Virus record (IMG/VR): IMGVR_UViG_3300005326_000046
Location: 1-64,000 of that record
Reading direction: 5' to 3' (one strand)
DNA from: a virus
Taxonomy: Duplodnaviria; Caudoviricetes
DNA: 64,000 bases
How positions within the stretch are numbered: position 1 is the first letter of the stretch; the number at the start of each line of letters is the position of its first letter. The notes below the pieces were generated by a model. The model worked only from the letters and a program-made list of their open reading frames with translations. It was not told the origin of the DNA and did not search any database. This document shows, one piece after another, positions 8,125 through 17,911 of the stretch. The position numbers and the translations under genes are program-made.

Positions 8125-10702
8125 GGTTGAATCCAAGACCTACGAAGCCAGCACCCCAGAAGCCAACGTCCAACCGGGCGCTCATCATGATGTACCAAGC
8201 GTCCGAGAACGGGACCTGGCCTACGAAGATGCGCGGTCGGCGTTTCCAGCCAACCTTGATGCCAGCGCGGTTCACAACCAGGAACTGGCCGTACACGTTG
8301 CTGCCAGCCGTGCCATTGACGTAGCCGCTGGAATCGGTGAGACCGTAGTCCTCGGACACGACGATCGGAATGCCCTTGATGCGCGCCAGTTCGCCCGTGA
8401 GGATCGTGGCCGCAGGCCCGTACTTGTCCACCGTCAAGACCTCGGACAGATCAGTGAACTTGTAGTAGCTCGCGGTATCGGTCAGCAGGAACAACTGGCT
8501 GGTGTTGAAGCCGTACTTCCCGGCAGTGCCCATCAGCTTGCGAACGCCGCTGATGTCGTCGACCGTCAGGCTGCCAACGTCAACCTTGTCCGTGGTCGTG
8601 GTGACCAGCGGTTCATGGCGTAGGCCGTCAATGACCAGGATGTCACGAGTCGTGCCGACGTTCTGGCCGTAGTAGCTGATGTTGGTCGTTTCGGACGCGC
8701 CAGCGGTTTCGTCGCCATGAATCAGGAGCTTGTCAATCAGGTGTGCGCCGTAGACGCCGAACTGATCGCGGTGTTGCTGGTTCGGGTCGACGATGCCGTC
8801 CTCAGCCTGCTCTTCGGACCAGTAGCTCATCATCCCGACCTTACCCGCGGTGAAGGTCACCTTGCCAGAACCGATCTTGCTGTCGGCGTAAGGTCCGGCG
8901 TCGATCACGAGCTGTGATTCGTCGGTTGCCTCAGCCACCTTGTAGCCGGTCGGGTCAGAACCTTCCTTGGGGTAGTCGTATGGTTGGCTCGGCATGTCGA
9001 ATTGATCGAACAGCGGCAGTACATTGGTGTTGAGTCGGATTGTGCGCCAGAGGATGGCGTTCATCAGGGTTGGCACCCACTCATCACCATAGCTGGACTG
9101 CGTGGAGTACATCAGTTCGTCAGACTTCGCGCCGATTTCCAAAAGTTGCCGGATGCCCTCTTTCGAGACGTTGTCCGACATGGGCACTTCCAGAGACTTG
9201 CCGCCACTCTGGCGAATCTCTAGGACGTCCGACCGGTCATAGGTTGTCGGTGCGACGACGGTGGGATCGAACGCCGGAACTTCCATCATCTTCGGGCGTG
9301 CACCATCAGGCCACACGGCAACCGTGTCGGTAGAGCGCATGAACTTGGATCCACGCACCATCAGGGCGCGGTAGAACTGCTCGGAGGGTTTGGGTCCATG
9401 GCCGGCGCGGGCCTGCATGCTTTGCAGGTAGTAGCGCTGCGCCAGGTCGAGGTCACCCATGCGATCATACTTCGATCCCACGATGACCTGATGGATCTTC
9501 TTCATGTCGTCGGCGTAAGGGTTCTGATCCTTGTCGCTGAAGTCCACGAGCGGGAACGGGGCCTTCGGGGCCGCGTCCTTCGCTTTGGCCGCGTATTCCT
9601 TTTCCAGGTCCGCGCGTACTTGCTGCGCGATGGCATCGCGCTGGGCCTTCTCGGCCTCTGCTTTGCTGGCTGCTTCCTTGGCCTCAGCGTCCAGGCGCGT
9701 CTTGAACTGTGCATACAGTTCGTCAACGGTGGGTGCAGGAACGCTTTTCGGCTCTTCCTCCAGCACCTTTTCTTTGTCGCTCATTACTGTTCCTCCATCT
9801 GCTGTCGGCGTTTCCGCCGCGTCCACAATGTCCGTGCCGACGTCCAACGCTTTAGCAAGGGAGAACAAGGCCTGTTGGTGTGCTGGCACCGTCACGCCGC
9901 TAATCTCCCTGAGATCCCATCGTGTGATGTTGCGAACGCCGTTCGCATCCACAAATCCTTCTGCTAGGTCATCCACCGCCCGCACGCTGAAGGCGTTGAG
10001 GATGCCCTTCCTGATCATGTCGGCAGCCTTGCCGCCCCATTCCAGCGTTTTGTCCACCGCGACCCGCACGAACAAGCCCACTTCGTCAATCTTAGCCTCC
10101 AGGACCTTGCCGATGGGCTTGTGGATGTCGTGCATCAGTAGCACAATCGGGTTGCGCATGTAGGCGTCGAGACCCGCCTTGAACGCGGTCGGGAACATGC
10201 GATCCCCGGTGCGATCGGTCGCAACCGTTGATGCGTAACCCTCGATAATCAGCGTGTCCGGGTCATCTGGGTCACCGAACTGCTTTGCGATGCGAAGGTG
10301 GAATTCTTTGGGTTCCGCCGTGAGCATCTTCGGCATGTCCATGCCCTCGGACTCGTAGAGTTTCTTGAGTTTGGCGAGCGCATCGGCCTTGTCGGGTCCC
10401 TCGTAGACATTGCCTCGAAAACCAGAGTGAAGGGCGGCCCAGGCTGCACCAAGCAGCCGATGGTCTGGTTTGCCATCCGAGCCGCGCACGCGCAGATGCC
10501 AGGTTGACGGCTTCTCAGGATCTTCGACCACCAGGTAATGCGACGCTGGATGTTCGCCCGCGTCGCCTTCGCTCTTGGTGATAGCCTTTGGCTCGACGGA
10601 TGCTGCAGGGTCCTCTAGGTGAATCGTCATATCCGCAGATGCAACATCCTCAACCGCGTCAGTAGACTCCGTGGTGTTCTGTGTCTTTTCGTCTTCGGGC
10701 AT
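8114..10702 (-). CDS. Prohead protease - scaffold - major capsid protein fusion (HK97 type)
   Basis: IEGYAST..DRTGD, VLLMHD, AFSV, LREISGVTVPA (HK97-type protease); Ala/Lys/Glu coiled coil; capsid motifs GDEWVPT, YPKEGSDP, IKGIPIVVS. Confidence 0.9.
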   Translation of the reverse strand: MPEDEKTQNTTESTDAVEDVASADMTIHLEDPAASVEPKAITKSEGDAGEHPASHYLVVEDPEKPSTWHLRVRGSDGKPDHRLLGAAWAALHSGFRGNVYEGPDKADALAKLKKLYESEGMDMPKMLTAEPKEFHLRIAKQFGDPDDPDTLIIEGYASTVATDRTGDRMFPTAFKAGLDAYMRNPIVLLMHDIHKPIGKVLEAKIDEVGLFVRVAVDKTLEWGGKAADMIRKGILNAFSVRAVDDLAEGFVDANGVRNITRWDLREISGVTVPAHQQALFSLAKALDVGTDIVDAAETPTADGGTVMSDKEKVLEEEPKSVPAPTVDELYAQFKTRLDAEAKEAASKAEAEKAQRDAIAQQVRADLEKEYAAKAKDAAPKAPFPLVDFSDKDQNPYADDMKKIHQVIVGSKYDRMGDLDLAQRYYLQSMQARAGHGPKPSEQFYRALMVRGSKFMRSTDTVAVWPDGARPKMMEVPAFDPTVVAPTTYDRSDVLEIRQSGGKSLEVPMSDNVSKEGIRQLLEIGAKSDELMYSTQSSYGDEWVPTLMNAILWRTIRLNTNVLPLFDQFDMPSQPYDYPKEGSDPTGYKVAEATDESQLVIDAGPYADSKIGSGKVTFTAGKVGMMSYWSEEQAEDGIVDPNQQHRDQFGVYGAHLIDKLLIHGDETAGASETTNISYYGQNVGTTRDILVIDGLRHEPLVTTTTDKVDVGSLTVDDISGVRKLMGTAGKYGFNTSQLFLLTDTASYYKFTDLSEVLTVDKYGPAATILTGELARIKGIPIVVSEDYGLTDSSGYVNGTAGSNVYGQFLVVNRAGIKVGWKRRPRIFVGQVPFSDAWYIMMSARLDVGFWGAGFVGLGFNLTV

Positions 10703-10775
10703 AGATCAGCTCCTCGCGAGGAAGGCACGCCGCGTATTTGCGTGCGTGTTTATGTAAACACAACAAGGCGCGTTC

Positions 10776-10795
10776 TGTCAAGTACTCCATTTCAT
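10776..10795 (-). promoter_or_regulatory. Class B promoter box upstream of capsid gene
   Basis: Minus strand reads ATGAAATGGAGTACTTGACA; matches 38381-38400 and 38915-38934. Confidence 0.6.
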
Positions 10796-10796
10796 A

Positions 10797-10859
10797 AACC
10801 TTAAATATCTGCGACTTTTCGAATTGGGTATTGACACGGAGTGCATTATATACTATAAT
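10797..10859 (+). promoter_or_regulatory. Class A early promoter (AACCTTAAA box plus perfect sigma70 consensus)
   Basis: AACCTTAAA 10797; TTGACA 10831-17 bp-TATAAT 10854. Confidence 0.85.
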
Positions 10860-10904
10860 GATGTTGTAGTTAGAGAACAAACGGACATCATGCAGGAGAC
10901 CACA

Positions 10905-11381
10905 ATGACAACCGCAACTAAGACGATCGAGCGAAAATCAGGATCAAAAATCGAACTCTCAATGACCCGAGAAGTCGTTGACGACATCGCTTACGCAGAC
11001 GGATGGAACGTCAAGACTGGTCGCAGAATCGTAGAACTTACATCTATCACCCTTGTACTGCCGAATGGGCGCCGAGCATCGGGAAGCAGCATCAACAAAG
11101 TCAGTGATGCAAAACTAATCGCCAAGGGCGGATACGCCAGGGTGGGAGATGCATACGTGAGCCAGGATGCCTACGAAGTGATCGTTGCTGGGTTAGCGGA
11201 ACTTGACGCAGAGTTGGGTAAGTCAAAAGAATACATTGCACTCAAAACGGCGGAGGCTAACCGGAAGACCCGTGCACTGGAAAACGAGCGGCGAATGGAC
11301 GAGGAAAGAGCGGCACGTCGAAAGCATGTTGGCTGGTGTGATCGCTGCCAAGACTACACCTACGGCGATTGTGGTCACTAG
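10905..11381 (+). CDS. Hypothetical early protein
   Basis: AGGAG RBS; first gene after promoter; C-terminal CDRC..GDCGH. Confidence 0.7.
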   Translation: MTTATKTIERKSGSKIELSMTREVVDDIAYADGWNVKTGRRIVELTSITLVLPNGRRASGSSINKVSDAKLIAKGGYARVGDAYVSQDAYEVIVAGLAELDAELGKSKEYIALKTAEANRKTRALENERRMDEERAARRKHVGWCDRCQDYTYGDCGH

Positions 11382-11441
11382 CACCTATGCCACGCCGACG
11401 ATTGGCTCCGGATCGAGCCGAAACTCCACAGGAGGTTCCCA

Positions 11442-11663
11442 ATGTTCCAGGTCAATGACTACGCCATCGCTACCGGTCTTCGTGGCTTCACTTCTCCGAA
11501 TCTCCGAGTGCGCATCACTAGGTTGCAGTATGACTATGCCTGGGTAGTCACCGCAGACATCCAGGACGCTGGAACGCCGTTGACGTTGGATCTTTCCCAA
11601 CTTCAACCGTTCAAGGTTCAATTCGTTACCAGCCACAAGAGTGGCCTGGTGGCATTAGCCTAA
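11442..11663 (+). CDS. Hypothetical protein (possible SH3-like barrel)
   Basis: AGGAGG RBS; FQVNDY... beta-rich 73 aa. Confidence 0.65.
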   Translation: MFQVNDYAIATGLRGFTSPNLRVRITRLQYDYAWVVTADIQDAGTPLTLDLSQLQPFKVQFVTSHKSGLVALA

Positions 11664-11681
11664 TCGCCCTTCCACCACTCG

Positions 11682-11713
11682 CAGGCGGGCCGGCGCCTAA
11701 TCCGGCAAGGAGA
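11682..11713 (+). repeat. Repeated leader hairpin plus RBS
   Basis: CAGGCGGGCCGGCGCCTAATCCGGCAAGGAGAG, nearly identical to 44302-44333. Confidence 0.75.
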
Positions 11714-11718
11714 GGACC

Positions 11719-11997
11719 ATGAAACTTACAAAGCCCCAGATGCAAGCGCAATTCATGTCCGACCTACGCGACATACTCAACGAAGCGAAGGAAGGACATG
11801 CACCGATGTTCAAGGTTACACGCGGCGGAGGTGTCGTGATCGAGATTGACACCGTGAAACACGACGGAGACTATTCCATGACCGTCGAGTACATGACGGA
11901 CTATCGCGGCAGGACCTTGCGCGTGCAGAATGGCGAACCGCTCTACCCGTTCCAGGACCTCGACTGGTGCGAAGAGGATATCCTACATGGAGATTGA
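11719..11997 (+). CDS. Hypothetical protein
   Basis: AAGGAGAGG RBS, 92 aa. Confidence 0.7.
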   Translation: MKLTKPQMQAQFMSDLRDILNEAKEGHAPMFKVTRGGGVVIEIDTVKHDGDYSMTVEYMTDYRGRTLRVQNGEPLYPFQDLDWCEEDILHGD

Positions 11998-12790
11998 CGG
12001 CCTCTTCGCCAACCTGGCGCGGCGGCTATCGCTATCGGTTGACGACATGTTGCGCCAGATTGCTGCGCGGCCCGACCTCATGGACCACATCGCCGCCGTG
12101 CTGGAGAAGCCAGTCGTCATGGATGCCGCGCCGCTCAAGCTACTGCCAGTCAAACAAGTAAGCGACGATGCCGCGCTCATCATCAGCAGCGGCAAGATGA
12201 TCGCGACCGCACTGTCGGCGCCCGAACAGGCCTTTATTGACGCCGTACGCGCGTTGGGCTATCGCTGGGACAACGGCCAATGGCAACGCACCATCAGACC
12301 GCGCGCCGAGCCGCTCATGGATCGCGCCGTCGAGCTTGGCGTTCACATCCTCGCGGCCGGCTTCCCGGTCATCGTGCGGTCACAAGAACTGTACGATCGC
12401 ATTGCGGCCAGCGACTATGCGCCCGAGATTCGCACATGGGTTGAAGAGCGCACAACGGGCAAGTTCGCGGGCTGGTTCTGCATCTCATGGCCGCGCGACG
12501 ACGAACGGTATTATCGTGCCGTGCGACTGATCAACGGTAGCAGGATTTACCCCGGCAGCGCGCTGATACCACGCGAACGCTTCGATGAAGTGCTTGACTT
12601 TGCCGACTCGCATGGCTTTTCGGTGAGCGACGGCGCGCGAGCGCTGGCAGAGAAGGCGCGTCACGAGCGCGCAGCGCTGCTGGTGGTAGAGCCGCAAGAA
12701 CGCACACAGAAACGCAAACCCAAACCACAACAGGAACCCAACAATGCCGACATCCTGGACGAACTGGTTGACCACGACGACACTGTATGA
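11987..12790 (+). CDS. Hypothetical protein coupled to SNF2 helicase
   Basis: Start MEIDG after GAGG; overlaps both neighbours. Confidence 0.7.
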   Translation: MEIDGLFANLARRLSLSVDDMLRQIAARPDLMDHIAAVLEKPVVMDAAPLKLLPVKQVSDDAALIISSGKMIATALSAPEQAFIDAVRALGYRWDNGQWQRTIRPRAEPLMDRAVELGVHILAAGFPVIVRSQELYDRIAASDYAPEIRTWVEERTTGKFAGWFCISWPRDDERYYRAVRLINGSRIYPGSALIPRERFDEVLDFADSHGFSVSDGARALAEKARHERAALLVVEPQERTQKRKPKPQQEPNNADILDELVDHDDTV

Positions 12791-14171
12791 GCACCAACGC
12801 ACCGCCGTTGACAAGCTGCGCTCCATCCGCGTGGGCGCACTCTTTATGGAGATGGGCACGGGCAAGACACGCGCCGCAATCGAGCTAATGCACATTCGCC
12901 GCAATCGCATAGACCGCGTGCTGTGGTTCTGCCCGGTGTCGCTGAAGGAAACGATCCGTTACGAGCTGCGCAAGCATACCGACCTGCCCGCCGAGGCACT
13001 GTGCGTGTTCGACGATCGCACTTCCATGCGCAACGTGCCGCGCGACGCGCTGGTGTACGTCATTGGCGTAGAGTCTATCGGGCAGAGCAACCGCGTCACG
13101 TTGGCGGCAAACGACCTGATCACGGATCAGACGTTCGTCATCGTCGACGAATCCAGTTACATAAAGTCGCACTACGCCAAGCGCACGGAGCGCATCACGA
13201 CGATGGCTGAGCGGGCAAAGTATCGCTTGCTGCTCACGGGCACGCCAATCAGCCAAGGCGTGGTTGACCTGTTCGCACAGATGCGCTTTTTGTCGCCGTC
13301 GATTCTAGGCTATCAGTCCTACTACTCCTTCGCCGCGAATCACCTGGAGTACAGTGAGAAGTACCCCGGCATGATCGTGCGTTCGTTGAAGACGGATCAT
13401 CTGGCAACTAAGATTCAGCCTTATGTCTACCAGGTGACTAAAGACGAATGCCTGGACTTGCCGGCGAAGGTGTCCGATGTTCGCTATTACCTATTGACAG
13501 AGCAACAGCAGATAGCGTATAATCAGGCGAAGGATGAACTACTTCCGCTCGACCAAGAAGTCGGCATTTACGATCTGTTCAAGCTCTTCACCGCTCTACA
13601 AGAGATCGTTTCGGGATTCTGGAATCGACGGCGCAAGACGTTGGAATTCAAGCATGAGCGTCTGGATGTTCTAGCGCGTGCCATCAATAGCATTCCAGAC
13701 GATCAACCAGTGATCATCTGGTGCAAGTTCCAATATAGCGTTAGGCAGATTTGCGCTATGCTGCGAGAGTTATACGGGGATGCTTCAGTGTCTGAGCTGC
13801 ACGGTACCGTGTCTGGCAAGGACCGCGAGGCGGCAATAGAGCGCTGGCGACAGGGTAAGGCGCGTTTCCTGGTGGCAACTCAGGCAACAGGCGGACATGG
13901 ACTGACGCTTACGGAAGCGCACTACGCCATCTTCTACGAGAATGGCTTCAAGTACGCCGAGCGCGCGCAGGCCGAGGATCGCATTCACCGCATTGGGCAA
14001 GAACACAAGTGCACCTATATCGATCTGGTGGCGGTGCACAGTATCGACGAACGCATCCAAAGTGCGCTGAGTAAGAAGGCTGACGTGGTGGCGGACTTCA
14101 GGGACAGGGTGCAGCAAGTGAAAGACGCCAAAGACAAAGAGGCGCTGAAGGCATTGGTGCTGGAGCTATGA
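12744..14171 (+). CDS. SNF2-family (SF2) helicase/ATPase
   Basis: LYEHQ; ALFMEMGTGKT; IVDESS; LLTGTP; GGHGLTLT; QAEDRIHRIGQ; true start may lie a few codons later. Confidence 0.92.
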   Translation: MPTSWTNWLTTTTLYEHQRTAVDKLRSIRVGALFMEMGTGKTRAAIELMHIRRNRIDRVLWFCPVSLKETIRYELRKHTDLPAEALCVFDDRTSMRNVPRDALVYVIGVESIGQSNRVTLAANDLITDQTFVIVDESSYIKSHYAKRTERITTMAERAKYRLLLTGTPISQGVVDLFAQMRFLSPSILGYQSYYSFAANHLEYSEKYPGMIVRSLKTDHLATKIQPYVYQVTKDECLDLPAKVSDVRYYLLTEQQQIAYNQAKDELLPLDQEVGIYDLFKLFTALQEIVSGFWNRRRKTLEFKHERLDVLARAINSIPDDQPVIIWCKFQYSVRQICAMLRELYGDASVSELHGTVSGKDREAAIERWRQGKARFLVATQATGGHGLTLTEAHYAIFYENGFKYAERAQAEDRIHRIGQEHKCTYIDLVAVHSIDERIQSALSKKADVVADFRDRVQQVKDAKDKEALKALVLEL

Positions 14172-15073
14172 TCTATCTGGGATACAGCCAAGACGAAAGG
14201 CTACGCATCATCGGTGACTATCGGCGGGAACACGCGATTGCTCATACCGTCGTGATAACGCCTGCCATGTTTCCCTTGCCCGTGCCAGACTCAGACACGG
14301 TAGACTACGTTGACGTAATCATGTACGTGACGTTCTACAGGCTTCTGCAGGAGATCGACAAGTCTACCCTGATCGTGCTGAACGAATGTCTACGCACGCA
14401 GAACCGCTATGACCTGGCATACAACTGTATCCGCAACTACCTGAACCAAACCGAGCACGTCTTGATCTTCCAGACGCTGCCCCAGATTGATACCGAAGAG
14501 GACTTCATGATCCTTTTTGACTGGGACACGCGCAGCAGGTGGAAACGTGAACACTTCAACCCAGAACTGATCCACGACAATTCCAACGTGCACGTGCGCA
14601 CGCGCGATTTTCACTTCGAGCGTATTGACGTGCCAACCCCAGACGCGACCAAGCGTCGCTATGAGGCGGAACGCGAGAAGCGCTTTGCCGAACTGGGGGC
14701 ACGTGACCCGCACACGATCCCGCGCAACCTTTACCAACTGGGCGGCAAGGACAAGAAGCGCTGGATGGACGAAGAGCCCGCGCCAACGCTGTTTTGTCTT
14801 GGCGAACCCATAGAGCGGCACTACGTTGCGCGCAACCAGCGCCTCAGTAGCGCGTCGGTGTCAACCTACGACAAGGCGACCATTGACAACATACCCTATA
14901 CCGTGATAGAATTCCCTCATCGGTTCATTGACTGGTGCGACTTCGTGACCGTCACCGGACAAACGGAGTTTGATGTGCTAGTCGCGGATCTGAAGGTCGA
15001 CCAGTGGTACTTTGACCGTTACGTCGCATGGAAGGAGAGACTCAATGCGACCTATGCAAGTCTACGGCGGTAA
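14168..15073 (+). CDS. Hypothetical protein in SNF2/IbrAB-like cluster
   Basis: 301 aa, ATGA overlap with helicase stop. Confidence 0.75.
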   Translation: MIYLGYSQDERLRIIGDYRREHAIAHTVVITPAMFPLPVPDSDTVDYVDVIMYVTFYRLLQEIDKSTLIVLNECLRTQNRYDLAYNCIRNYLNQTEHVLIFQTLPQIDTEEDFMILFDWDTRSRWKREHFNPELIHDNSNVHVRTRDFHFERIDVPTPDATKRRYEAEREKRFAELGARDPHTIPRNLYQLGGKDKKRWMDEEPAPTLFCLGEPIERHYVARNQRLSSASVSTYDKATIDNIPYTVIEFPHRFIDWCDFVTVTGQTEFDVLVADLKVDQWYFDRYVAWKERLNATYASLRR

Positions 15074-16175
15074 AGACGTTCTCACTGCGGCACGTGAGCG
15101 CATCGCATTTATCTTTGATCACTTCGACAACATTAGTTGCAGTATATCGGGTGGCAAGGATTCAACCGTACTGGCGCACCTGGCGCTCACTGAGGCCAAG
15201 CGGCGCGGTCGGCGTGTCGGCATCTTCTTCCTGGACGAAGAGGTGGTCTACCAAGAGACGATCAACCAGGTCGAGTACGTCATGGAAGAGATGATGCCAG
15301 AGTGCGTCATCCCCCTATGGCTCCAGATCGAATTCAACCTTACGAACGCAACCAGCTTGACTGAAACCCAGTTTATCCCGTGGGAGTCCGGCAAGCATGA
15401 CTTGTGGTTACGGCCCAAGAAGCCCTACTCGATCAAGTTCCCGATGTGGGACCGCAGCACGGAATACGTCGCGGATCGAAACAAGGGTTTCGGCTTCTAT
15501 GACGTCTTCGTGAACTTCGAACGCTGCTACCACGACACCGCGTTCCTCGTTGGCTTGCGCGGTGTCGAGTCCCCTAATCGTTGGCGCACAGTGTCCAAGC
15601 ACCCAGTTGACATCGGCGGTCAATCCATCTACTGGGCCACGCGCAAGGGCGAAAACGTGAGCATGTATCCGCTGTACGACTGGAACTTTCATGACGTGTG
15701 GCGTTACATTGGCGACAACAAGCTGCGCTACCACAAGATGTACGACTATCAATTCATGAAGGGCTATTCCATCACGGAGATGCGTATTTCGTCCCTGATT
15801 CACGAGAAGTCATTCAAAGCACTGGTGGATCTGCCCGAGTTCGAGCCGAAGACCTACAATCGTCTGATAAAGCGCGCTAAGGGCATCGTCCTGGCGCAAG
15901 AGACCGGCAAGAAAGCAAAGCTCTTCAAGGCGCGCAAGTTGCCGCATGGACACGCATCATGGCGCGCCTATCGGGACTTTCTGCTTGCCACCCACCCTGA
16001 GCCGGACAAGCGCGACATCATGGCGCGGCGCTTCGCTCGCCACTTGGATAACGAGTACGTGGCTCGGCAACAAGTACGCCAGTTGATCCTCAATGACTAC
16101 GAAAACAACTTGCCGGTTGACAGCCGGCCAGACCCGCGGGACGAATGGGTCGCATACTATCGCGAGGTGCTGTGA
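15045..16175 (+). CDS. PAPS-reductase-family (DUF3440 / IbrA / YbdN-like) protein
   Basis: SISGGKDSTVL (PP loop); FFLDEE; VGLRGVES; YPLYDWNFHDVW; MRISSLIHE. Confidence 0.88.
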   Translation: MRPMQVYGGKDVLTAARERIAFIFDHFDNISCSISGGKDSTVLAHLALTEAKRRGRRVGIFFLDEEVVYQETINQVEYVMEEMMPECVIPLWLQIEFNLTNATSLTETQFIPWESGKHDLWLRPKKPYSIKFPMWDRSTEYVADRNKGFGFYDVFVNFERCYHDTAFLVGLRGVESPNRWRTVSKHPVDIGGQSIYWATRKGENVSMYPLYDWNFHDVWRYIGDNKLRYHKMYDYQFMKGYSITEMRISSLIHEKSFKALVDLPEFEPKTYNRLIKRAKGIVLAQETGKKAKLFKARKLPHGHASWRAYRDFLLATHPEPDKRDIMARRFARHLDNEYVARQQVRQLILNDYENNLPVDSRPDPRDEWVAYYREVL

Positions 16176-16765
16176 CCGTGATCAATACCGTAGAAGACTG
16201 GAACGCCTATCGAGCCACGGCTGAGCCCGTCGTCGTGCGGGGCAAGGGCAAGCGAGAGATTCAGATACCGTGCGCCAATACGATCATGGTCAGACGCGAC
16301 CTTGTCGCCGCCAACACCTACAACCCGAACCATGTGTCTGACGACAAAATGGAGTTGCTCTATCAGAGCATCGTTGACAATGGCTTCGCGTTTCCGATCG
16401 TGGTCATCTGGGATGACGATCAACAACTATTCGTCGTCATTGACGGATTCCACCGCTACATGATCAGCGGCCCCAAGTGGCTTGACATGTCGCACGTGCC
16501 GCTGGCCGTGTTGACACACGATGCCAAGCAGCGCATGACAGCAACATGGCAATTCAACAAGGCGCGCGGCTCGCATGAGGTGGACCTCGATGCGGACTTG
16601 ATTCGCGCCCTGATCCAACAAGGCATGGGCGAAGATGAGATCGCGCAACATCTCGGGATCGACCTGGACACCGTGCATCGTTACAAACAGGTCTCCGGGA
16701 TTGCTGAACTATTCCAACACGCGGACTATTCGATGGCCTGGGAAGTGGTGGAGGTGGACGAATGA
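16172..16765 (+). CDS. ParB-like (IbrB / YbdM-like) protein
   Basis: ANTYNPN; SIVDNGFAFPIVV; VIDGFHRY; FNKARGSH; GTGA overlap with upstream gene. Confidence 0.88.
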   Translation: MTVINTVEDWNAYRATAEPVVVRGKGKREIQIPCANTIMVRRDLVAANTYNPNHVSDDKMELLYQSIVDNGFAFPIVVIWDDDQQLFVVIDGFHRYMISGPKWLDMSHVPLAVLTHDAKQRMTATWQFNKARGSHEVDLDADLIRALIQQGMGEDEIAQHLGIDLDTVHRYKQVSGIAELFQHADYSMAWEVVEVDE

Positions 16766-17415
16766 CCAAATGGACTTATGGAGACGCATGGGAGCATTTC
16801 CCGATTGAACCAGGCGAGACGTGGGTAATCGGCGGTGATAGTAGGGTGGCAGTCCATGACCTCTTTCTACCCCTGCCAGGCTTCATGCTGCGCGCAGACC
16901 TACTTTTTGTTGATCCGCCCTGGAACCGTGGCAACCTGAACAGCTTCTACACGAAGGCGGAAAAGGGGTATCACATTGACCACTTCTCAGAGTTCGAGAC
17001 AGCCCTGTTCCAGCGCGTTGCAGACGTAAATCCACTCGTGTGCTACCTGGAGGTAGGCAATCAGGCGAATGACCGTTGGGTGGAGATGATGCACGGTCAA
17101 TTCCCATACGTGCAACACTGGAACGTAGTTTACTACCGCAAGCACCCCTGCAACATCATACGCGGGTCACACATTGGCGCGCTGGACTTCGACTACACTG
17201 GAATGGATGAAGCAAGGGTCATCAAGAAGATAGCGGAGATTGAACGGAGCAACTGCATTGGTGACTTCTGCATGGGACGCGGCCTGGTTGGTCTTGCGGC
17301 CTATGCTGCCGGCAAGCCATTCGTCGGCACAGAACTGAACAAGCGAAGACTGGCCGTGCTGTTGCAGAAGCTTGCGGCCAAAGGCGCCGACGTGTACTCC
17401 CTGAGCAAACCTTAA
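16762..17415 (+). CDS. DNA amino-methyltransferase-like protein
   Basis: FVDPPW (motif IV) precedes DFCMGRG (motif I-like) and FVGTELN, beta-class order. Confidence 0.7.
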   Translation: MTKWTYGDAWEHFPIEPGETWVIGGDSRVAVHDLFLPLPGFMLRADLLFVDPPWNRGNLNSFYTKAEKGYHIDHFSEFETALFQRVADVNPLVCYLEVGNQANDRWVEMMHGQFPYVQHWNVVYYRKHPCNIIRGSHIGALDFDYTGMDEARVIKKIAEIERSNCIGDFCMGRGLVGLAAYAAGKPFVGTELNKRRLAVLLQKLAAKGADVYSLSKP

Positions 17416-17471
17416 ATATCTGCGCCAACAGCCGATTCCCTATTGACTTTTTGCCCGACACGTGATAGTAT
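17408..17471 (+). promoter_or_regulatory. Class A promoter
   Basis: AACCTTAAA 17408; CCCTATTGACT-17 bp-TAGTAT. Confidence 0.8.
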
Positions 17472-17504
17472 ATAGTCAATCAAGCGAACATCACGGAGGG
17501 CAAA

Positions 17505-17852
17505 ATGAAGGGTAGCGAAAAGCAAATCAAGTGGGCGGAAGACATCAAGGCAGAAAAGGCGGAGCTGTTCGAGATACTACGCCAGCATGTGCGCAACGAG
17601 ATTGGAACCAAGGCACTCGACTACATCCAGGACAACGAATACGCGACCTTCTGGATTGACCACCGCAATCACACGCCCATGATCATGCTGAAGTCCCTGC
17701 TGACCGGCCGCTTTGAGGTCAAGGGTGCGTCGTTTGATCGCAAGGCCCAGATCGACCCCGATACCGGCGTCATCACTGAGACGTGGACGGAAATGGTCCG
17801 AGATGGTGACCGCGGCGACGTCAAGTACGTGAAGCACAGCGTGACGCTGTAG
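17505..17852 (+). CDS. Hypothetical early protein (GSEKQI.WA motif)
   Basis: GGAGG RBS; MKGSEKQIKWAEDIK. Confidence 0.75.
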   Translation: MKGSEKQIKWAEDIKAEKAELFEILRQHVRNEIGTKALDYIQDNEYATFWIDHRNHTPMIMLKSLLTGRFEVKGASFDRKAQIDPDTGVITETWTEMVRDGDRGDVKYVKHSVTL

Positions 17853-17870
17853 TGGAAGCGGCAACTGGCC

Positions 17871-17906
17871 GCAAAGAAGGGAGGGTGAAATTCCCTATTG
17901 ACAACG
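17871..17906 (+). promoter_or_regulatory. sigma70-type promoter
   Basis: TTCCCTATTGACA-17 bp-TATGAT. Confidence 0.8.
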
Positions 17907-17911
17907 CTATC

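Noticed and set aside
8111-10163. Long antisense ORFs over capsid and other large genes (e.g. 8111-8623, 9398-9967, 4266-4970, 44721-45479, 62472-63140)
   Set aside because: Shadow ORFs expected in GC-rich coding DNA; the opposite strand carries the recognisable motifs
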